A stretch of 64,000 nt of DNA from Heterodontus francisci (taxonomy: Eukaryota), in contig NW_027142279.1 in NCBI RefSeq assembly GCF_036365525.1, positions 248,001 to 312,000 on the forward strand, read 5' to 3'. This document shows positions 23,307 through 35,941 of this stretch, piece after piece. The notes under the pieces were generated by a model. It was not told the origin of the DNA, searched no databases, and was given only the letters and a program-made list of their open reading frames with translations. How positions within the stretch are numbered: the first letter of the stretch is position 1; each line of letters starts with the position of its first letter. Both the position numbers and the translations under genes were made by a program.

Positions 23307-26045
23307 TACGATATCTCACACAGACCATCGAACATCTCTCACTGTCTGGACTGAGAGTTCACCAGGAGACTGTGATAGCCCATGACCTCTCACACTGCCC
23401 GTCGAGTGTCTCTCATTATCTGTATTCAGTGTTCACCCGTGGACTGAGATACCCCATGATATCTCACATTGACCATCGAGTGTCTCTCACTGTCTGTGCT
23501 CAGTGTTCACCTGGGGACTGAGATACCCCATGATATCTCACACTGACCATCGACTGTCTCTCACTGTCTGTCATCAGTGTTCACCTGGGAACTGAAAGTC
23601 GCCATGATATCTCACGCTGTCCATCGAGTGTCACTCACTGTCTGCAATCAGTGTTAACCTGGGGTATAAGATACCCCTGATATCTCACATTGACCATCGA
23701 GTGTCTCTCACTGTCTGTCCTCAGTGTTCACCTGGGACTGAGATACCTCATGATATCTCACATTGACCATCGTGTGTCTCTCTCTCAGTCTGCACTGAGT
23801 GTTAAACAGGGGTCTGAGAAACACCTGATATCTCACACTGACCATCGAGTGTCTCTCACTGTCTGTAATCAGTGTTAACCTGGGGTCTGAGAGACACCAT
23901 GACATCTCACACTGACAATCGACTGTCTCTTAATGTCTGTACTCAGTGTTCACCAGTGGACTGAGATACCCCATGATATCACACACTGACCATCGAGTGT
24001 CTCTCACTGTCTGTACTCATTGTTCACCAAGGGACTGAGATACCCCATGATATCTCACACTGACCATCGAGTGTCCCTCACTGTCTGTACTCAGTGTTCA
24101 ACTGGAGACTGAGATACCCCATGATCTCTCACACTGACCATCGAGTGTCTCTCATTATCTGTTTTCAGTGTTCACCCGGGAATGAAATACCCCATGATCT
24201 CTTACACTGACCATCGAATGTCCCACACTGTCTGTACTCAGTGTTAACCTGGGGACTGAGACAGCCCATGATATCTCACACTGACCATCGAACATCTCTC
24301 ACTGTCTGTACTCAGTGTTCACCTGAAGACTGAGATAGCCCATGATCTCTCAGACAGCCCATCGAGTGTCTCTCATTATCTGTATTCAATGTTCACCCGT
24401 GGACTGAGATACCCCTTAATAGCTCACACTGACCAACGAGTTTCTCTCACTATCTGTACTCAGTGTTCACTTGGGGACTTAGAGACCCCATGATATCTCA
24501 TGCTGACCATCGACTGTCTCTCTCTGTCTGCACTGAGTGTTAAACTGGGATCTGAGATACCCCATGATATCTCACAGTGCCCATCGAGTGTCTCTTAATG
24601 TCTGCACTCAGTGTTCACCAGTGGACTGAGATACCCCATGATATCTCTCACTGACCATAGAGTGCTAATCACTGTCTGTACTCATTGTTCTCCTGGAGAC
24701 TGAAATACCCCATGATATCTCACACTGGCCATCGACTGTCTCTCACTGTCTGTAATCAGTGTTCACCTGGGGACTGAGAGTGCCCATGATATCTCACGCT
24801 GTTCATCGAGTGTCTCTCACTGTCTTTAATCAGTGTTCACCTGGGAACTGAAATACCCCATGATATCTCACACTGACCACCGAGTGTCTCTCACTGTCTG
24901 TACTCAGTGTTCACCTGGCGACTGAGATACCCCGTGATATCTCACACTGACGATCGAGCGCCTCTCACTGTCTGTACTCAGTGTACACCAGGGGACTGAG
25001 ATACACCCGATATCTCACACTGACCATCGAGTGTCTCTCACTGTCTGCAGTCAGCGTTCACCTGGGGACTCAGATAGTCCTGATTTCTCACACTGACCAT
25101 CGAGTGTCTCTCACTGTCTGTACTCAGTGTTCACCTGGAGATTGAGATACCCCATGACATATCACAATGCCCATCGAGTGTCTCTCACTGCCTGAACTCA
25201 GTTTTAACCAGGGGACAGAGACACCCCATGATATCTCACACTGACAATCGTGTGTCTCTCACTGTCTGTACTCAGTGTTCACCTGGAGATTGAGATACCC
25301 CATGACACCTCACACTGACCATCAAGTGTCTCTGACTGCGTTTAATCAGTGTCCACCTGGGGAGTGAGATACCCCATGATATCTCACACTGCCCATTGAG
25401 TGCCGCTCACTGTCTTTATTCAGTGTTCATCTGGGGACTGAGATACCCCGTGAACTCTCACACTGACCATCGAATGTCTCTCATTGTCTGTACTTAGTGT
25501 TCGCCTGGAGATTGAGTTACCCCATGATATCTCACACTGACCATCGAATGTCTCTCACTGTCTGTACTCAGTGTTCACCTGGGGACTGAGATACCATAGG
25601 ATTTCTCACACTGACCATCGAACATCTCTCACTGTCTGTACTCAGTGCTAACCTGGAGATTGAGTTACCCCATGATATCCCACACTGACCATCGAGTGCC
25701 TCCCACTGTCTGTAACCAGTGTTCACCAGTGGACTGATATACCCCATGATATCTCACACTGACCATCGAGTGTCCCTCACTCTCTGTACTCAGTGTTCAC
25801 CTGGGGACTGAGATATCCCTGATTTCACACACTGACAATTGAGTGTCTCTCACTATCTGTACTCAGTGTTCACCCGGGGACTGAGATACCCCATGATATA
25901 TCGCACTGACCATCGAGTGTCTCTCACTGTCTTTGCTCACTGCTTATCTGGGGACTGAGATACCCCATGATATCTCACACTGACCATCGAATGTCTCTCA
26001 CTGTCTGTTCTCAGTGTTCATCTGGGGACTGAAATATCCCGTGAT

Positions 26046-27509
26046 CCACTGTCCACTGGAGGAGTACCGGATGATTGGAGGGTGGCAAATGTTGTTCCCT
26101 TGTTCAAGAAAGGGAATAGGGATAACCCTGGGAATTATTGACCAGTCAGTCTTCCATCGGTCATGGACAATCATTGGAGAGGATTCTGAGAGACAGGATT
26201 TATGATTATTTGGAAAAGCATGGTTTGATTAGAGACAGTCAGCATGGCTTTGTGAGGGGCAGGTCATGCCTCACCAGCCTTATTGAACTCTTTGAAGATG
26301 TGACAAAACACACTGATGAAGGAAGAGTAGTGGATGTGGTGTATATGGATTTTAGCAAGGCGTTTGTTAAGGTTTCCCATGGGAGGCTCATTCGGAAAGT
26401 AAGGAGGTATGGGATTCAGGGAATGTTGGCTCTCTGGATACAAAATTGGCTGGCCCATCGAAGTCAGAGTGTAGTAGTAGATGGAAAGTATTCAGCATGG
26501 AGCTCGCTGACCAGTGGTGTTCCACAAGGATCTGTTCTGGGACCTCTGCTCTTTGTGATTTTTATAAATGACTTGGATGAGGAAGTGGAAGGCTGGGTTA
26601 GCAAGTTTGCCGATGACACGAAGGTTGCTGGAGTTGTGGATAGTGTGGAAGGCTGTTGTAGGTTGCAACGGGACATTGACAGGATGCAGAGCTGGGCTGA
26701 GAAGTGGCAGATGGAGTTCAACATGGAAAAGTGTGAAGTGATTCATTTTGGAAGCTCGAATTTGAATGCAGAATACAGGCTTAAAGACAGGATGCTTGGT
26801 AGTGTGGAGGAACAGAGGGATCTTGGTGTCCATGTCCATAGATAGCTCAAAGTTGCCACCCAAGTTGATGTAGTTGTTAAGAAGGCGTATGGTGTGTTGG
26901 CTTTCATTAACAGGGGGATTGAGTTTAAGAGCCACGAGGTTATGCTGCAGCTATATAAGGCCCTGGTTCGACCACACTTGGAAAATTGTATTCCGTTCTG
27001 GTTGCCTCATTAGAGGAAGGATGTGGATGCTTTAGAGAGGGTGCAGAGGAGATTTACCAGGATGCTGCCTGGACTGGAGGGCATGTCCTACGAAGAAAGA
27101 TTGAGGGATCTAGGGCTTTTCTCGTTGGAGCGAAGAAGGATGAGAGTTGACTTGATAGAGGGGTAGAAGATGATGCGAGGCATAGATAGACGGATAGTCA
27201 AAGACATTTTCCCAGGGTGGAAAGGGCTACCACCAGGGGGCATAATTTTAAGGTCATTGGAGGAGGTTTTGTAGATGTCAGAGGTGGGATCTTTACACAG
27301 ATAGTGGTGGGTGCGTGGAATGCACTGCCAGCGGTGGTAGTAGAAGCAGATACATTAGGGGCATTTAAGCGACTCTTGGATAGGTACATCGATGATAGTA
27401 GAATGAAGAGTGGGCAGTTAGTTTGATCTTAGAGTAGGTTAAATGTTCGGCACAACAACGTGGGCCTAAGGGCCTGTACTGTGCTGTACTGTTCTATGTT
27501 CTATGTTCT
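26046..27509 (+). mobile_element. 5'-truncated CR1 LINE in satellite, copy 2 (duplicated with flanks)
   Basis: Nearly identical to 21843-23306 at an offset of 4203 bp. Confidence 0.92.
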
Positions 27510-30500
27510 TACGATATCTCACACAGACCATCGAACATCTCTCACTGTCTGGACTGAGAGTTCACCAGGAGACTGTGATAGCCCATGACCTCTCACACTG
27601 CCCGTCGAGTGTCTCTCATTATCTGTATTCAGTGTTCACCCGTGGACTGAGATACCCCATGATATCTCACATTGACCATCGAGTGTCTCTCACTGTCTGT
27701 GCTCAGTGTTCACCTGGGGACTGAGATACCCCATGATATCTCACACTGACCATCGACTGTCTCTCACTGTCTGTCATCAGTGTTCACCTGGGAACTGAAA
27801 GTCGCCATGATATCTCACGCTGTCCATCGAGTGTCACTCACTGTCTGCAATCAGTGTTAACCTGGGGTATAAGATACCCCTGATATCTCACATTGACCAT
27901 CGAGTGTCTCTCACTGTCTGTCCTCAGTGTTCACCTGGGACTGAGATACCTCATGATATCTCACATTGACCATCGTGTGTCTCTCTCTCAGTCTGCACTG
28001 AGTGTTAAACAGGGGTCTGAGAAACACCTGATATCTCACACTGACCATCGAGTGTCTCTCACTGTCTGTAATCAGTGTTAACCTGGGGTCTGAGAGACAC
28101 CATGACATCTCACACTGACAATCGACTGTCTCTTAATGTCTGTACTCAGTGTTAACCTGGGGTCTGAGACACCCCATGATACCTCACACTGACCATCGAC
28201 TGTCTCTTAATGTCTGTACTCAGTGTTCACCAGTGGACTGAGATACCCCATGATATCACACACTGACCATCGAGTGTCTCTCACTGTCTGTACTCATTGT
28301 TCACCAGGGGACTGAGATACCCCATGATATCTCACACTGACCATCGAGTGTCCCTCACTGTCTGTACTCAGTGTTCAACTGGAGACTGAGATACCCCATG
28401 ATCTCTCACACTGACCATCGAGTGTCTCTCATTATCTGTTTTCAGTGTTCACCCGGGAATGAAATACCCCATGATCTCTCACACTGACCATCGAATGTCC
28501 CACACTGTCTGTACTCAGTGTTAACCTGGGGACTGAGACAGCCCATGATATCTCACACTGACCATCGAACATCTCTCACTGTCTGTACTCAGTGTTCACC
28601 TGAAGACTGAGATAGCCCATGATCTCTCAGACAGCCCATCGAGTGTCTCTCATTATCTGTATTCAATGTTCACCCGTGGACTGAGATACCCCTTAATAGC
28701 TCACACTGACCAACGAGTTTCTCTCACTATCTGTACTCAGTGTTCACTTGGGGACTTAGAGACCCCATGATATCTCATGCTGACCATCGACTGTCTCTCT
28801 CTGTCTGCACTGAGTGTTAAACTGGGATCTGAGATACCCCATGATATCTCTCACTGACCATAGAGTGCTAATCACTGTCTGTACTCATTGTTCTCCTGGA
28901 GACTGAAATACCCCATGATATCTCACACTGGCCATCGACTGTCTCTCACTGTCTGTAATCAGTGTTCACCTGGGGACTGAGAGTGCCCATGATATCTCAC
29001 GCTGTTCATCGAGTGTCACTCACTGTCTGCAATCAGTGTTAACCTGGGACTGAGATACCTCATGATATCTCATATTGACCATCGTGTGTCTCTCACCGTC
29101 TGTGCTCAGTGTTCATCTGGGGACTGAGATACCCCTGATATATCAGTTTGAAAATCGAGTGTCTCTCACAGTCTGTACTCAGTGTTCACACGGTGACTGA
29201 GATACCCTGTGATATCTCACACTGACCATCCAACATCGTCTACTGTCCGTACTCAGTGTTCACCTTGGGACTGAGATAGCAAATGATATCTCACACTGAC
29301 CATCGAGTGTCTCTCACTGTCTGTACTCAGTGTTCACCTGGGGAATGAGATGCCCCATTATATCTCACACTGACCATCGAGTGTCTCTCACTGTCTGTAC
29401 TCAGTGTTCTCTTGTAGACTGAGATACCCTTTGATATCTCACTCAGACCATCGAACATATCTCGCTTTCTGTATACAGTGTTCACCTGGGGACTGAGATT
29501 CCCCATATTATCCCACACTGACCATCGACTGTGTCTCACTGTCTGTACTCAGTGTTCACCAGTGGACTGAGATACCGCATGATATCTCACACTGACCAGT
29601 GAACATCTCTCACTGTCTGTACTCAGTGTTTCCCTGGAGACTGAGATACCCCCTGATATCTCACACTGACCATCGAGTGCCTCTCATTGTCTGTACTCAG
29701 TGTTCACCTGGGGACTGAGATGCCCCATGATCTCTCAGACTGCCCATCGAGTGTCTCTCATTATCTGTATTCAGTGTTCACCCGTGGACTGAGATACCCC
29801 ACGATACCTCACACTGACCATCGAGTTCCTCTCACTGTCTGTACTCAGTGTTCACCTGGGGACAGAGGTACCTCATGATATCTCATACTGACCATCGAGT
29901 TCCTCTCACTGTCTGTGCTCAGTGTTCACTTGGGGACTGATAGACCCCATGATATCTGGCGCTGACCATCAACTTTCTCTCACTGTCTGCACTCAGTGTT
30001 CACCTGGGGACTGAGATACCCCATGATATCTCAAACTGATCATCGAACATCTCTCACTGTCTGTATTCAGTGTTCTGCAGTGGACTGACATACCCCATGA
30101 TATCTCACATTGACCATGGACTGTCTCTCTCTGTCTGTACTCAGTGTACACCTGGAGACTGAAATCGCCCATGATCTCTCTCACTGCCCATCCAGTGTCT
30201 CTCATTATCTGCATTCAAGGTTCACCCGTGGACTGAGATACCCCGTGATAACTCACACTGAGCATCGACTGTCTCTCACTGTCTGTACTCAGCGTTCACC
30301 TGGGAATGAGATACCACATGATATCTCACATTGACAATCGTGTGTCTCTCACTGACTGTCCTCAGTGATCACCTGGGGACTGAGATACCCCTAATATATC
30401 ACATTGAAAATCGAGTGTTTCTCAATGTCTGTACTCAGTGTTCACCTCTAGACTGAGATTCCCCATGATATCTCATACTGACTATCGAGTGTCTCTCACT

Positions 30501-33500
30501 GTCTGTACTCAGTGTTCACCTGGGGACTGAGCGTCCTCATGATATCTCACGTCGTCCATCGAGTGTCCCTCACTGTCTGCAATCAGTGTTAACCTGGGGA
30601 ATGAGATACCCCTGATATCCCACTTTGACCATCGTGTGTCTCTCACTGCCTGTGCTCAGTGTTCACCTGGTGACTGAGATACCCCTGATATCTCACACTG
30701 ACCATCGAGTGTGTCTCACTGTCTGTACTCAGTGTCAACCTGGGACTGAGACACCCAGTGATATCTCACACCGACCTTCGAGTGTCTCTCACTGTCAGTA
30801 CTCAGTGTTCACGCGGGGAATGAGATACCCCCTGATATCTCACACTGACCATCGAGTGTCTCTCACTTTCTGTACTCAGTGTTCCCTTGTAGACTGAGAT
30901 ACAGCTTGATATGCAACGCAGACCATCGAACATTTCTCACTGTCTGTGCACTGTGTGCACCTGGGGACTGAGATACCCCATGATATCTCATACTGACCAT
31001 CGACTGTCTCTCACTGTTTGTGCACAGTGTTCACCAGTGGATTGAGATACCCCATGATATCTCACATTGACCATTGAACATTTCTCACTGTCTGTAATCA
31101 GTGTTCACCGGGGACTGAGATACCACATGATATCTCACATTGACAATCGTGTGTCTCTCACTGTCTGTGCTCAGTGTTCACCTGGTGACTGAGATACTCC
31201 GTGATATCTCACACTGACATTCGAACTTCTCTCACTCTCCGTACTCAGTGTTCCCTTGTAGACTGAGATACACCTTGATATGCAACGCAGACCATCGAAC
31301 ATTTCTCACTGTCTGTAATCAGTGTTCACCTGGGGACTGAGATACCCCTGATATCTCACACTGACCGTCGAGTGTCTCTCATTGTCTGTACTCAGTGTTC
31401 ACCAGGGAATGAGATACCACATGATATCTCACATTGACAATCGTGTGTCTCTCACTGTCTGTGCTCAGTGTTCACCTGGTGACTGAGATACTCCGTGATA
31501 TCTCACACTGTCCATCGAGTGTCTCTCACTGTCTGTAATCAGTGTTCACCTGGGGACTGAGATACCCCTGATATCTCACACTCACCGTCGAGTGTCTCTC
31601 ACTGTCTGTACTCAGTGTTCACCTGGTGACTGAGATACTCCGTGATATCTCACACTGACCATCGAGTGTCTCTCACTCTCCGTACTCAGTGTTCCCCTCG
31701 GAACTGAGATAACCCATGATATCTCAAAATACCCAACGAGTGCCTCTCACTGCCTGTAATCAGTGTTCACCTGGGACTGAGATGCCCCATGATATCTCAT
31801 ACTGACCATCGAGTGACTCTCACTGTCTTTACTTCGTGTTCAGCCGTGGACTGAGATACCGCATGATATCTCACAATGACCATCGAATGTCTCTCACTGT
31901 CTGTACTCAGAGTTCACCTGCGGACTGAAATACCCCATGATATCTCTCACATACAATCGAGTGACTCTCACTGTCTTTACTTCGTGTTCAGCCGTGGACT
32001 GAGATACCCCATGATATCTCACACTGACCATCGAGTGTCTCTCACTGTCAGTACTCAGTTTTCACCCGGGGACTGAGATACCCCATGATATCGCACACAG
32101 ATCATCGAACATATCGCACTGTCTGTAATCAGTGTTCACCTGCGGACTGAGATACTCCATGATATCTCACTCTGACCATAGAATGCCTCTCACTGTCTGT
32201 ACTCAGTGTTAACCTAGAGACTGAGATACACCATGATATCTCACACTGACCATCGATTGTCTCTCACTGTCTGTACTCAGTGTTGCCTTGTGGACTGAGA
32301 TCCCCGTGATATCTCACACAGACCATCGACTGTCTCTCACTGTCTGTAATCAGTGTTCACCTGGGGACTGAGAGTCCCCATGATATTTCACGTTGTCCAT
32401 CGAGTGTCACTCACAGTCTGCAATCGGTGTTAACCTGGGGTCTGAGATACCCCTGCTATCTCACATTGACCATCGAGTGTCTCTCACTGTCTGTACTCAG
32501 TGTTCACCGGGGACTGAAATACCCATGATATCTCACGCTGACCATCGAGTGTCTCTCACTGTCTGAACTCAGTGTTCTCTTGTGGACTGCGATTCCCCTT
32601 GATATCTCGGACAGACCATCGAACATATCTCACTGTCTGTACACAGAGTTCCCCTGGGGACTGAGCTACCCCATGATATCTCAGACTGACCATCGATTGT
32701 CTCTCACTGTCTGTACTCAGTGTTTACCAGTGGACTGAGATACCCCATGATATCTCACACTGACCATTGAACATCTCCCACTGTCTGTACTCAGTGTTCA
32801 CCCGGGGACTGTGATACCCCATGATATCTCAGACTGACCATCGAGTGTCTCTCAATGTCTGTACTCAGTGTTCTCTTGGGGACTGAGATACCCATGATGT
32901 CTCACACTGACCATCGAACATCTCTCACTGTCTGTACTCAGTGCTTACACGATAACTGAGATACACCATGATATCTCACACTGACCATCGAGTGTCTCTC
33001 ACTGTCTGTACTCAGTGTTCTCTTGTCCACTGAGATACCCCGTGACATCTCACACAGACAATCGAACATATCTCACTGTCTTTACTCAGTGTTCACCTGC
33101 GGACTGAGATGCCCCATGATATCACACCCTAACCATAGAGTGCCTCTCACTGTCCGTACTCATTGTTCACTTGGGGACTGAGATACCCCGTGATATCTCA
33201 CACTGACCATCGAGTGTCTCTCACTGTCTGTACTCAGTGTTAACACGGGAACTGAGATGCCCCATGATATCACACACTGACCATCGCGTGTCTCTCACTG
33301 TCTGTACTCAGTGTTCACCTCGAGACTGAGGTACCCCGGGATATCTCACACAGACCATCGAGTGTCTCTCACTGTCTGTATTCAGTGTTCACCTGGGGAT
33401 TGAGGTACCCCATGATGTCTGACACTGCCCATCGAGTGTCTCTCACTGTCTGTAGTCAGTGTTCTCTTGTCCACTGAGATAACCCTTGATATCTCTCACT

Positions 33501-35283
33501 GACCATAGATTGCCTCTCAGTGTCTGTACTCAGTGTTAAACTGGGGAATGAGATACCCCATGATATCTCACACTGCCCATCGAATATATCTCAATGTCTG
33601 TACTCTGTGTTGTCTTGGGGACTGAGATACCGCGTGATATCTTACACTGACATTCGAACATCTCTCACTCACTGTACTCAGTGTTCACCTGGGGATTGAG
33701 GTACCCCATGATGTCTGACACTGCCCAATGAGTGCCGCTCACTGTCTGTAATCAGTGTTCACCTGGGACTGAGATACCCCATGATATCTCACACTGACCA
33801 TCCAGTGTCTCTCGCTGTCTGTACTCAGTGTTCACCTGGGACTGAGATACCCCATGATATCTCACACTGACCATCGAGTGTCTCTCGCTGTCTGTACTCA
33901 GTGTTCACCCGGGGACTGAGATACCCCATGATATCTCACACTGACCATCGAGTGTCTCTCACTGTCTGTACTCAGTGTTCACTCAGAGACTCAGATAAAC
34001 CATGATATCTCACACTGACCTTCGAGTGTCTCTCACTGTCTGTAATCAGAGTTCACCTGGGGACTGAGAGACTTCATGATATCTCACGCTGACAATCGAT
34101 TATCTCTCACTGTCTGTGCTCAGTGTTCACCTTGGGACTGAGATACCCCTGATATCTCACAATGACCATCCAACATCGTCCACTGTCCATACTCAGTGTT
34201 CACCCGGACACTGAGATCGCAAATGATTTCTCACACTGCCCACAGTGTCTCTCACTGTCTGTACTCAGTGTTCACCCGTGGACTGGGATCCCCCGTGATA
34301 TCTCACACAGACCATCGAGTGTCACTCAATGTCTGTACTCATTGTTCTCTTGGGGACTGACATACCCCATGATATCTCACACAGCCCAACGAGTGCCTCT
34401 CACTGTCTGTATTCAGTGTTCTCCTGCGACTGAGATACTCCATAATATCTCACACTGACCATCGAGTGTCCCTCACTGTCTATACTCAGTGTTCACTCGG
34501 AGTCGCTGATACCCATGATATCTTACACTGACCATTGAGTGTCTCTCACTGTCTGTAATCAGTGCTCACCTGGGGACTGAGAGACCCCATGATATCTCAC
34601 GCTGACCATCGATTATCTCTCAATGTCTGTGCTCAGTGTTCACCTGGGGACTGAGATACTCCTGACATCTCACTCTGATCGTCAAGTGGTTCTCACTGTC
34701 TGTACTCAGTGTTCACCTGGGGACTGAGATACCCCAGATATTTCACACTGACCATCGAGTGCCTCTCACTCTCTGTACTCTGTGTTCACACGGGGACTGA
34801 GATACCCCGTGATATCTCACACTGACCTTCGAGTGTCTCTCACTGTCAGTACTCAGTGTTCACCCGGGGACTCAGATACCCCATGATATCTCACTCTGAC
34901 CATAGACTGTCTCTCACTGCCAGTACTCATTCTTCACCTGGAGACTGAGATACCCCATGATATCTCACACTGACCATCGACTGTCTCTCACTGTCTGTAC
35001 TCAGTGTTCACCCAGGCACTGAGATACCACAGGATATCTCACACTGACCATCGAGTGTCTCTCACTGTTTGTACTCAGTGTTCACCTGGGGACTGAGATA
35101 CCCCTGATATCTCACACTGACCATCGAGTGTCTCTCACTGTCTGTACTCAGTGTTCACCTGGGGACTGAGATACCCCTGATATCTCACACTGACCATCGA
35201 GTGTCTCTCACTGTCTCTACTCAGTGTTCACCCGGGAATTGAGGTACCACATGTTATCTCACACTGAACATTTGCAGCTTTGC

Positions 35284-35503
35284 AACAAAAACAAGAAATG
35301 CTGGATTCACTCAGCAGGTCTGGCAGCATCTGTGGAAAGAGAAGCAGAGTTAACGTTTCGGGTCAGTGACCCTTCTTCGGGTCACTGACCCGAAACGTTA
35401 ACTCTGCTTCTCTTTCCACAGATGCTGCCAGAGCTGCTGAGTGAATCCAGCATTTCTTGTTTTTGTTTCAGATTTCCAGCATCCGCAGTGTTTTGCTTTT
35501 CTA
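35284..35503. mobile_element. Penelope-like element remnant forming an 89-bp-arm palindrome
   Basis: Arms 35284-35372 and 35379-35467 (1 mismatch), 6-nt loop, TSD tgcagctttgc at 35273-35283 and 35504-35514. Confidence 0.8.
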
Positions 35504-35796
35504 TGCAGCTTTGCTGCTGGGATGAAGTTAAACTGAGATATTTGCTGCTTCCTGTTACCTGAGAGCTTATGGTTAAGCTAGAATAGAGAGGACTGTCTTT
35601 GAGCAGTGAGTGGAGGGGGGAGGTTGAGCTGGGAACCTGGTTTAGAGAAGTTGGAAATTTTCCAGCTTTAATCTGGGAGATTTTCTGTCAGGGTAGGAGT
35701 GTGAAACTGAGTTTATTGGTATTTTGGTTGGGTACAAGCCGCTGTGTAACATTACCTGTACTTTTTATTAACTTTCAACATCTTTCTGTCACTCAG

Positions 35797-35941
35797 TCAC
35801 AGACTCCGCAAACACTGACCCGTGTGTAAATCACACAGTCCTGGACCAGCCCTGGAGGAGCATCGATTGTACTGAGACTGAGTGCTCCGGGCAGAAGAAG
35901 TGTGATACAAATCTTGTTCAAGGGTGGTACAGATTTAAAAG
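35797..35941 (+). CDS. D10C cassette 1, exon a
   Basis: ctcag|...|gtaact. ITDSANTDPCVNHTVLDQPWRSIDCTETECSGQKKCDTNLVQGWYRFK carries the DPC/WRS/CD/GWYRF motifs of the UMOD/GP2 D8C domain. An alternative in-frame acceptor would start the exon at 35803. Confidence 0.9.

Larger units (their letters stand above)
20520..35270. repeat. 74-bp tandem satellite (~150-160 units) in intron 2
   Basis: Unit ctgagataccccatgatatctcacactgaccatcgagtgtctctcactgtctgtactcagtgttcacctgggga, with 73-74-bp periodicity throughout. The copy number is estimated from span. Confidence 0.97.

Noticed and set aside
20520-35270. CRISPR-like array or RSS array (CACACTG/CACTGTC motifs)
   Set aside because: The units are contiguous with no unique spacers, there is no nonamer at 12 or 23 bp, and the context is eukaryotic.
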